Sequence record: SRR22947725_1323
Length of the DNA: 39,675 bases
Strand: one strand, 5' to 3'
Made by a program: the position numbers and the translations under genes. The notes beneath the pieces were generated by a model. The model had not been told where the DNA came from. It saw only the letters and a program-made list of their open reading frames with translations, and did no database searches. Each line of letters begins with the position of its first letter. Position 1 is the first letter of the stretch. This document shows, in pieces, positions 32,261 through 39,675 of this stretch.

Positions 32261-33370
32261 TTAAAAGCGAGACCCAGTATAGCTTACTTGATAATTGGCC
32301 AACGACAACCACTCTTGATTTACCTCAACACCCCAACCAGGTTTATGAGGTAACTCTAGATGTCCATCCACAATTTTAAAGTCAGGGCTAAAAATATTAT
32401 CTTGCCAAGGGTAGTAATCAAGCCCTTCGATTGAAAACTCCAAGTATTTTCCCGGGTTTTTGATTGAGCCCATTAATTGGGCTGAAAAAAGCGTTACTAG
32501 GGACAAATTAGCAGCATGAAGAGTAACCGGAATGCCTTTTTTTTCAGCCAATTTAGCAACCTCAAGTGTCCGAGTAATGCCTCCCATGTAACAAATATCG
32601 GGCTGTACAATATCAACGACTCTGGTATCGATCATGTGCCTCCAAACTCTCATATCGTTATCCTGCTCTCCACCACTCACATCGATATCAAGCGCCTCTG
32701 AAACCTGTCGAGTCCAATCTGGCTCCCAGTAAGGACAGGGCTCTTCGAAATGACTGACGCCATAATCCTGAAGCATATGACCAACCTCGATCGCTTTTTT
32801 AGGACTGTAGGCGCTATTGGCATCAACGAGAAGTGACACCTCGTCACCCAAAGCCTTTCTCACTTCCTTAATAATCGATTCAGTTCGCCCAGGCCACTGA
32901 TCGATGTCGTGCCCGCACTCCCTTCCAATTCTAAACTTAAAAGCAAAGTAGCCATAAGCTTCCTTGAGTATTAAAAGCCTCTCTGCTTCGGCCTCAGATG
33001 AGATCTCTCTTTGCATACTTGAGGCATAAACAGGAACTGAGCTTGGACTCCCACCCAGCAATTGGCAGACACTTTTTTTTGCCCTTTTAGCCTTAATATC
33101 CCAGAGCGCTGTATCTACCCCGCACAAAGCTCTGTAAAGATAGGTACCAGGAAACTTGTGCTCCCTCTCCAAGACCTCCCTGTTGACCTCACTGATATCT
33201 AAAGCGCTCATACCGAGGACATGAGGAGCGACCTGAAGGTGAACAACTTGTGCAGTGATTTCACTGTTATAGGTCGAGGTTTGACCCCAGCCCTCATCAC
33301 CCTCATCCGTTCTCAAGCGGACCAGTCCGACATACTCATTTGTAAAAGTTTCAACGCTAATTATTTTCAT
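32261..33370 (-). CDS. Enolase-superfamily (mandelate racemase subgroup) enzyme, KxR variant
   Basis: DTALWD, FKFRIG, metal ligands in VDAN / FEEP / GGEQ, QPD, His in LHAAN. Confidence 0.9.
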   Translation of the reverse strand: MKIISVETFTNEYVGLVRLRTDEGDEGWGQTSTYNSEITAQVVHLQVAPHVLGMSALDISEVNREVLEREHKFPGTYLYRALCGVDTALWDIKAKRAKKSVCQLLGGSPSSVPVYASSMQREISSEAEAERLLILKEAYGYFAFKFRIGRECGHDIDQWPGRTESIIKEVRKALGDEVSLLVDANSAYSPKKAIEVGHMLQDYGVSHFEEPCPYWEPDWTRQVSEALDIDVSGGEQDNDMRVWRHMIDTRVVDIVQPDICYMGGITRTLEVAKLAEKKGIPVTLHAANLSLVTLFSAQLMGSIKNPGKYLEFSIEGLDYYPWQDNIFSPDFKIVDGHLELPHKPGWGVEVNQEWLSLANYQVSYTGSRF

Positions 33371-33382
33371 AGTATGAGAGAT

Positions 33383-35005
33383 TTAAACATGAACTTGATC
33401 CTGCAAAATAAGATCGGACGCCTTTTCACCCACCATTATGGTTGCGGCGTTAATATTACCACAGACTAGCTTAGGAAATATCGAGGCATCAGCCACCCTG
33501 AGAGACTCTATTCCATAAACCTTAAGATGACTATCAACAACATCTTTTTTGGGATCTGGGCCCATTCTACAGGTACTAGAGGGATGAAAAACTGTCCACA
33601 CGGTATCTTTGATATGCTGAATCATTTGTTTATCACTCTGGCAATCAGGACCAGGCCTAAACTCTTCATCAATCACGTCGCTAAAGCTCTCTGATTGCGC
33701 TATCTTTCTGAGCACCTTAACGCCCTCCAATAAGTCTCTAACATCGTCCTTGTGAGAGAGGTAATTAGGCTCAATGATGGGCGGCTCTGAAGGATCACTA
33801 CTCTTTAATTGAACGCGCCCTCTTGAACGGGGACTGCAATTCGAAATTCCTAGGAGCATCGCTGAAAAGGGGTCTGGACTCATCATCGCTCTTTTGTCGG
33901 GTGATTCCAATGAGTAACTAACAGGTGAAAAATAAAGCTGAATGTTTGGCTTCTCTAGCTCATCGCGTGTCCTTATAAATCCGCCTGACTGGTTAACACT
34001 TAAGCTGAGCGGACCTCTCCTTGTAAAAATATACTGAAGTCCCTGGTAGATTTTTCCAAGGACAGGCCTCAACTGATCATTCAAGGTAGGGACTTTACTT
34101 GTATAAAAATAGCTCACTCCGACATGGTCCTGAAGATTTTCTCCAACGGCGGGGCTGTCATGAACTAAGGGGATTGAGGCCTTTTTTAAGGCGTTTTTGG
34201 GACCAATCCCTGAAAGCTGAAGAAGGTGAGGAGAGTTGATCGACCCTGCACTTAAAATAACCTCACGTTTGGCAGTCACCTGATGAATCTTGCCTGACTT
34301 TTTATACTCAATGCCGAACGCCTTTTTGTCTTGAGTGAGGATTTTTGTAGCCTGAGCATTCTTTATGATAGTCAAATTAGTGCGACCTTTTATGGGCCAC
34401 AAGTAAGCCCTCGAAGAAGACATTCGCTGCCCTTTATGAGTAGTTATTTGGTAGTTACCAACCCCTTCCTGAGTTGCACCATTCATATCTTTATTAAGAC
34501 CAATTCCAATCTCCTGGGCTGCAGACAAAAAGTTTTGACAAAGCGGGTGAAGCTGCTCAGACACCTCAGAGACATTCAAAGGTCCATCGCCGCCTCGATA
34601 ATCATCAGGGCCGTTCTGCCAAGACTCCATTTTTTTAAAATAAGGCAAAACATCACTGTAAGACCAGCCTGGGTTTCCTGCCTCAGACCACTGGTCGAAG
34701 TCCTTAGGGTTTCCTCTCACATATACCATCGCATTGATAGAGCTAGAACCGCCCATGACCTTGCCTCTTGGCCAATAACTCGGCTTATTGTCAGCTTCTG
34801 GACTTGGCTCTGTCATATACATCCAATTGACAGATTTTTGATGATATGTAACTCCATATCCAATTGGCATTTGAATAAAGAAACGACGATCTGAACCCCC
34901 AGCCTCTATAAGTAGTACTTCATTAGATGGATCTTTGCTTAATCTATTTGCTAAAACACATCCAGCCGAGCCAGCACCTATAACTATATAATCGTAATCA
35001 GACAT
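33383..35005 (-). CDS. GMC-family FAD oxidoreductase (choline dehydrogenase-like, substrate unknown)
   Basis: IGAGSAG, PRGKVMGGSSSINAM, NLQDH, FHPSSTC (His), GNINA (Asn). Confidence 0.92.
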   Translation of the reverse strand: MSDYDYIVIGAGSAGCVLANRLSKDPSNEVLLIEAGGSDRRFFIQMPIGYGVTYHQKSVNWMYMTEPSPEADNKPSYWPRGKVMGGSSSINAMVYVRGNPKDFDQWSEAGNPGWSYSDVLPYFKKMESWQNGPDDYRGGDGPLNVSEVSEQLHPLCQNFLSAAQEIGIGLNKDMNGATQEGVGNYQITTHKGQRMSSSRAYLWPIKGRTNLTIIKNAQATKILTQDKKAFGIEYKKSGKIHQVTAKREVILSAGSINSPHLLQLSGIGPKNALKKASIPLVHDSPAVGENLQDHVGVSYFYTSKVPTLNDQLRPVLGKIYQGLQYIFTRRGPLSLSVNQSGGFIRTRDELEKPNIQLYFSPVSYSLESPDKRAMMSPDPFSAMLLGISNCSPRSRGRVQLKSSDPSEPPIIEPNYLSHKDDVRDLLEGVKVLRKIAQSESFSDVIDEEFRPGPDCQSDKQMIQHIKDTVWTVFHPSSTCRMGPDPKKDVVDSHLKVYGIESLRVADASIFPKLVCGNINAATIMVGEKASDLILQDQVHV

Positions 35006-35042
35006 ATATCTACTATGAGTAATTCATCGCGCACAATGTTGA

Positions 35043-35071
35043 AGTTTAAACTGAAATAATAGACGAATCAA
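35043..35071 (-). promoter_or_regulatory. Putative sigma70 promoter for the GMC + enolase pair
   Basis: Minus strand TTGATT (35066-35071)-17 bp-TAAACT (35043-35048); the -10 lies in the palindrome AGTTTAAACT. Confidence 0.5.
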
Positions 35072-35080
35072 AACTTAACT

Positions 35081-36205
35081 TTAAGTGTTTGAAGAAATTA
35101 GATACTTATGAATTGTATCAAAATTAAGTTTACCTCCAATGCCATGCGCGTCATTCAATTTTATCTTTCCATTTTCAATATTTAACCCTTCATCGAAAAG
35201 ATTCGTTCTAAGTGGATTGAAATTAATATCAGTCTCTAAAAAAGCAGTTGGATTGATAGCAGACATAATGTGAGCTGATGTTAACAAACCAACACCACTC
35301 CCTAAAAAATGCATCCAGATTTTATGATTCTGTATATTTCTAGATAGATAATTTATTAGAGAAACTCCTCCATATTTAGTGAGGTCAGGTTGAACAAAAT
35401 TAAGCTCCTCAATCTCACCAAAAAAAACAAAATCATCAAAATTAGTAATATTTTCTCCAAAAGCAAGTCTGCATTTGGTGGCATTAATTAATTGATTAAA
35501 TTCTGCTCTAGTAGATAATGCTGAAATAGGCTCTTCAATCCAAGAAAAATTATAGCTCTCTAATGTTTTGAGATACATAACAGCCTCCTCAAAACTCCAC
35601 CCTTGGTTTACATCTAACATTATCATCTCTTCACTAGATGAGTTATTAGACAATAAATCCAAAAGACCAATATCCAATGAATGATTAAAGCCTATTTTCA
35701 CTTTAAAGGCTTCTATACCGATTGACCTTGCTAATTTTATTTTCTCATTAGATTCATCAGGATTTATTCCACTTGCATAAACAGAAATATGATCTTGGGA
35801 GTCGGGATTTAATAATTTATTAAGGGGTAATTTTTGATTCTTAGCAAACAGGTCCCAAATGGCGCAATCAAGTCCTGAATTAATATTATAAAATGAGCCC
35901 ATATCGCCCGACTGCACAAAAAGAGTTTTAAATTTTTCAGTAACACTTTCTATGAATTTGTCTGGGTTTGAAAACTCACAACCCACAATATTGGAATGAT
36001 AAACATTTTTAAGAAGATTGAATCTATACGAAGCGCCATCGCTCGGAAAATTACACCAAATTTCGCCATACCCGATATTGTGATGATAGTCCTCTAGTTC
36101 AATTATTATGCATGGTCTTGAATTCATAACTCCAAATGAAGTTAAGACAGAATCAACCAACGGAAACTCTAGATAATAAAACCTTAAGGACTTAATCTTA
36201 ATCAA
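35081..36205 (-). CDS. Enolase-superfamily (mandelate racemase subgroup) enzyme, KxK type
   Basis: TSFG, GEIWCNFP, DCAIWD, FKVKIG, LDVN / IEEP / FGEN, QPD, His in MHFLG. Confidence 0.88.
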   Translation of the reverse strand: MIKIKSLRFYYLEFPLVDSVLTSFGVMNSRPCIIIELEDYHHNIGYGEIWCNFPSDGASYRFNLLKNVYHSNIVGCEFSNPDKFIESVTEKFKTLFVQSGDMGSFYNINSGLDCAIWDLFAKNQKLPLNKLLNPDSQDHISVYASGINPDESNEKIKLARSIGIEAFKVKIGFNHSLDIGLLDLLSNNSSSEEMIMLDVNQGWSFEEAVMYLKTLESYNFSWIEEPISALSTRAEFNQLINATKCRLAFGENITNFDDFVFFGEIEELNFVQPDLTKYGGVSLINYLSRNIQNHKIWMHFLGSGVGLLTSAHIMSAINPTAFLETDINFNPLRTNLFDEGLNIENGKIKLNDAHGIGGKLNFDTIHKYLISSNT

Positions 36206-37085
36206 GGTTATTGCTTTTCTTTACAAAATTAAACATAGCGGTCCAATCTAAATCTTTGTACTCAGTGTCCATTGCCTCTTCATAGACATTCACAACACTT
36301 TTCCCTGAAGTTAAATTAATCCCTTCAGATTCTCCATGTTCAATAGCTAAACGTAAGTCCTTCAAGGCCAGTACATTTTTAAAGCCAGGACCTATGTCAT
36401 CAATCAAAACCTTTTTAGGATAACTAAAATTCATATGTCCTTTTCCAGCAGCCGTAGTTGACATTAAATCAATAGCTAGCTTTTGATCTATACCTGATTT
36501 ATGGACCAGAGAGAGTGTCTCAGCTGTCACAATATTTGAAACAATAGCCATATAATTATTAATGATCTTCATTTTGCTACCTGAGCCTATAGGACCACAA
36601 TAAACAACATCACTTCCCATGCATTTTAAAATCTCTTCAATCTTAGAGAAGTCTTTTAAGGAGCCTCCTACCATAATAAGTAAAGTACCATCAATTGCAT
36701 TATTTACGAGACGAGCTACCGGTGCATCAAACATTTGAATATTTTTTTCGAGCATTTTTTTGCTAACTTCAATAGTATCAGCTGGCAATATTGTGCTCAT
36801 ATCAATGAAGATTAAATCGGTATTTTCTTGATTAATAATACCACTCTCTCCAAGCGCAACATCTTTTACATTTTCTCCAATTGGGAGCATGGATATAACA
36901 AAATCTTTGCCATTACATAAGTCTGAAATATTATTAGCTTGTTTAGCATCAACTTCAGTTAAAGTTTGAATAGTTTTTTCATTTGCAAAAGGATCATAAA
37001 AAGAGAGCGAATGCCCATTCTTTACTAAATTTAAAGCCATGGGAAGGCCCATTGTTCCAACCCCTATAAAACCTATATTTTTCAT
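36198..37085 (-). CDS. Beta-hydroxyacid dehydrogenase family, YihU (sulfolactaldehyde reductase)-like
   Basis: GFIGVGTMG, DMSTI, DAPVARL, KIINNYM, TAAGKGH, KDL; the KIINNYM and TAAGKGH segments match my recollection of E. coli YihU. Confidence 0.85.
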   Translation of the reverse strand: MKNIGFIGVGTMGLPMALNLVKNGHSLSFYDPFANEKTIQTLTEVDAKQANNISDLCNGKDFVISMLPIGENVKDVALGESGIINQENTDLIFIDMSTILPADTIEVSKKMLEKNIQMFDAPVARLVNNAIDGTLLIMVGGSLKDFSKIEEILKCMGSDVVYCGPIGSGSKMKIINNYMAIVSNIVTAETLSLVHKSGIDQKLAIDLMSTTAAGKGHMNFSYPKKVLIDDIGPGFKNVLALKDLRLAIEHGESEGINLTSGKSVVNVYEEAMDTEYKDLDWTAMFNFVKKSNNLD

Positions 37086-37101
37086 AATTCCTCTCAGTTA
37101 A

Positions 37102-38526
37102 TTAAACGATATTAATGTTCTTTTTATGAATAAAGGAATATATTGCATCTATTCCTCCCTCATAACCAATCCCACTCTCTTTAATTCCTCCATAAGGAAT
37201 CTCCGGATGCATTGGTGAAGCAGTATTGATAGAAACACCTCCAGCAACAATCTCTTTAGCCATCTTTTCCTGCAAGACTTCACTGGTAGTATAAACATAT
37301 GATGCAAGTCCATAATTTAAAGAATTAGCCTTCTCAATAACATCGTCATAATCATTGAATTTAAATAATGCAAGAATAGGACCAAAAATTTCTTGAGTCA
37401 TCATCTTTGAGCCTTCATGAATATTTTCAATAAGAGTTGGTTCCCAAAAATAGCCTTTATCTTGATATCTACTGCCGCCATAAATTATATTTGAACCATT
37501 TTTAACAGCGTCATCAATAAAATCTTTCATCGCATCAACTCTCCTTGAGTTCGATAAAGGCCCCATTGATATACCATCATTTAATCCATTACCTAAAGTA
37601 ATATTTTTTATTCTATTCAAAAATCCATCTCTCACCTTATCATATATTTTCTCATGCACATAAAAGCGACTAGGTGCAATGCAAACTTGCCCAGCATTTC
37701 GAAACTTAAAACCAGTTAAAGTATCCAGGGTTGTTTCAATATCAGCATCTTCAGCAATAATCGCTGGAGAATGTCCTCCCAATTCAAGAGTGCATCTTTT
37801 AAGTGATTCTGCTGCTTTCTTTGCTAAAAGTTTTCCTACAGGAACTGATCCAGTAAAGCTTACTTTTTTCACTTCATCTCTACTGAGCAGATAATCTGAA
37901 ATTTCATGAGGAACGCCAAATACCAGGTTAATGACATCTTTTGGCAGACCCGCCTCCTGGAATATTTTAATAACCTCAATAGCTGTCCCTGGGGTCTCCT
38001 CTGAAGGCTTAATAATTACCGAACACCCGGCTGCAAGAGCTGGAGCAATTTTTCGAATAACTAAAGCAATTGGAAAATTCCATGCCGTAAGACACAAACA
38101 AACTCCAAGTGGCTGAGGCTTGATTAAAGTTTTGAGTCCATTATCTCGATCGGCCACAACCTCATCTTTAATTAATTTTGCATTTTCTCCATTAAATTTT
38201 AAAATTGCAATGGATTGATTAATTTCACCAGCAGACTCAGCAAGAGGCTTCCCTTGTTCTAGTGTCATAACCTCAGATATCACAGAGATCCTTTCAGATA
38301 AAATATCTGCTGCTCTTAAAATGACTCTACTTCTTATTTCAGGGTCTGTATTTCTCCACTCATCAAAACCCTTCTCTGCGGATTTAACGGCATCATTTAA
38401 ATCGCCCTCAGTTGCATGCGGCAGCCTCCCCAAAACACTTTCGTCAAAGGGATTTAAAACATCCTCACCCTTTTTTGCCTTATATATCCACTTTCCACCA
38501 ATAAATAATCCAAGTTTTGTATACAT
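37102..38526 (-). CDS. NAD(P)-dependent aldehyde dehydrogenase (SSADH / alpha-ketoglutaric semialdehyde dehydrogenase-like)
   Basis: EQGKPL, WNFP, FTGS, LELGGHSP (Glu), KFRNAGQVC (Cys), EIFGP. Confidence 0.92.
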   Translation of the reverse strand: MYTKLGLFIGGKWIYKAKKGEDVLNPFDESVLGRLPHATEGDLNDAVKSAEKGFDEWRNTDPEIRSRVILRAADILSERISVISEVMTLEQGKPLAESAGEINQSIAILKFNGENAKLIKDEVVADRDNGLKTLIKPQPLGVCLCLTAWNFPIALVIRKIAPALAAGCSVIIKPSEETPGTAIEVIKIFQEAGLPKDVINLVFGVPHEISDYLLSRDEVKKVSFTGSVPVGKLLAKKAAESLKRCTLELGGHSPAIIAEDADIETTLDTLTGFKFRNAGQVCIAPSRFYVHEKIYDKVRDGFLNRIKNITLGNGLNDGISMGPLSNSRRVDAMKDFIDDAVKNGSNIIYGGSRYQDKGYFWEPTLIENIHEGSKMMTQEIFGPILALFKFNDYDDVIEKANSLNYGLASYVYTTSEVLQEKMAKEIVAGGVSINTASPMHPEIPYGGIKESGIGYEGGIDAIYSFIHKKNINIV

Positions 38527-38544
38527 ATGTCTCCAGTAAAAATA

Positions 38545-39492
38545 TCAATTGTCAATTAATACATTTTTTAATTTTTGTACTCGCTGTTTTCCTTCTAAGT
38601 TTATCCAATCCATAAAACTATCTTGGCCAGATTTGCAGAAGATATCAATCGAGTCTTGCCAAATTGATCTTCCACACAAAAAACCTAAACAATCTATTTT
38701 TGAAGATTTAGCAAGCTCCAAACTATTTAAAAAATTATTAAATTTCATTCCTGCACTCAGAAAAACAAAGGGTGTTGTGCCATTCTCAAAGCACTCTTTC
38801 ATTATTTCAGAGCAATTTTCATAGCTATAAATTGATGAAATACCATCGTTTTCAAATCCTTTCACTTGAGCTTCATTAAAAGGGAATTCGATCTTAATGA
38901 TATCAATTTGATATTCCTCTTTAGAGAATTCCTTATAAAGGTATTTAATATAGACTGGTTTTTTTAATAAATACCTTTGATACTCGATTTCAGCTCCCTC
39001 ATCAAAGTAGAGAAGTGGCTCAAATAAATAAGGTATATCTAGATCTTTACAGATTTGACCAACATGCTTAATTACCTTAAATTTTTCATTATTAATGATT
39101 GGATCAGAGTCTGGATTAAAGTACATAAAAAATTTAATAGCTGAGAAATCTTTTATGATTTCATCATTCTGATTCAATATTTTTGGTAGCAAGGTAATGC
39201 GTGATTTATTATCTATATTGTATGCGTCATCTTCGTATGCAATTATTTTAGAAGTCTCAATACTTCTGAAGCAAGGGTCACTCAAGTATGTGTCATAATC
39301 AAATAAAACAGATGAAGCGTCGATACCAAGATTCAAAATGATTTGCTTCTTAAAAAGAAAATAGTCTGTAGTTGTAAACGTCGCCCCTTTGCTCTCTTTA
39401 ATAATATCTTTTAAGCTAGTTCCTTGATCAATTGCAAGTGCTGCAAATTTTCCATTCTGCAAAAGTTGATTGAAATGATCTTGCTTACTCAT
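38545..39492 (-). CDS. Class I aldolase, LacD (tagatose-1,6-bisphosphate aldolase) family
   Basis: ALAIDQ, AIKFFMY, FEPL, DIIKIEFP (Schiff-base Lys), FLSAG, LCGRSIW. Confidence 0.87.
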   Translation of the reverse strand: MSKQDHFNQLLQNGKFAALAIDQGTSLKDIIKESKGATFTTTDYFLFKKQIILNLGIDASSVLFDYDTYLSDPCFRSIETSKIIAYEDDAYNIDNKSRITLLPKILNQNDEIIKDFSAIKFFMYFNPDSDPIINNEKFKVIKHVGQICKDLDIPYLFEPLLYFDEGAEIEYQRYLLKKPVYIKYLYKEFSKEEYQIDIIKIEFPFNEAQVKGFENDGISSIYSYENCSEIMKECFENGTTPFVFLSAGMKFNNFLNSLELAKSSKIDCLGFLCGRSIWQDSIDIFCKSGQDSFMDWINLEGKQRVQKLKNVLIDN

Positions 39493-39675
39493 TACAGATG
39501 AAAATAAGGTGCCGAACTTGGTGAGGCCCAGAGACTCCTCATTTGTTCATTTGAGTTCAGTAAAGATATTGAAAACCCAGCACTTTCTTGTGTTGTTATA
39601 TATTCATTAACTAGAGGCTTAAAACATTGAATTTTATATTGAGCAAGATACTCCTCAACGTCATTATAAATTACT
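39492..39675 (-). CDS. 3' end of a dihydroxyacetone kinase DhaK/Dak1-family protein (partial)
   Basis: Hand translation: VIYNDVEEYLAQYKIQCFKPLVNEYITTQESAGFSISLLNSNEQMRSLWASPSSAPYFHL*; resembles the DhaK C-terminal pattern LVGxYxTSxExAGxSITLL...LW.AP; TAATG overlap with the aldolase start. Confidence 0.75.
   Translation of the reverse strand, partial: VIYNDVEEYLAQYKIQCFKPLVNEYITTQESAGFSISLLNSNEQMRSLWASPSSAPYFHL

Noticed and set aside
34331-34894. 187-aa plus-strand ORF
   Set aside because: Wholly antisense to the GMC gene, TTG start, no motifs; long shadow ORFs are more likely in this more GC-rich stretch
33383-35005. Calling the GMC gene betA
   Set aside because: Only family-level motifs are visible and there is no bet gene context
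36198-39492. Calling the cluster canonical sulfo-EMP (yihTUV) or lacABCD
   Set aside because: The aldolase is LacD-like but altered, the adjacent kinase fragment is DhaK-like rather than PfkB, and no isomerase or glycosidase is visible within the window

Overview
Gene-dense, AT-rich bacterial chromosome segment, mostly minus-strand, with no recognisable RNA genes, CRISPR array or mobile element. Gene content and tight packing fit a streamlined marine gammaproteobacterium, plausibly SUP05/Thioglobaceae (inference, not a database result). Positions 1-32168 are mainly housekeeping: nuoA-E and the start of nuoF, tldD, a shortened yhdP, cytochrome c5, a short asparaginase, yggS, pyrK, argB, hemW, rdgB, rpiA, a HAD phosphatase, a LOG-family gene, hemL, holB, tmk, mltG, pabC, ppnP, pepA, dsbC, rsmB and an unusual tig-clpP-clpX-hflX-lon run. 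A small plus-strand sulfur-relay cassette (two YeeE/YedE proteins, TusA, DsrE2-like) lies at 13814-15450. Positions 32261-39675 hold an accessory catabolic cluster: the 3' end of a DhaK-family kinase (missing from the ORF track), a LacD-type aldolase with a DQR-to-DQG change, an aldehyde dehydrogenase, a YihU-like reductase with a variant anion-binding loop, two enolase-superfamily enzymes and a GMC oxidoreductase. This cluster is the best candidate for an undescribed system, a possible variant (sulfo)sugar/ketose pathway. All family calls come from motif recognition by eye.
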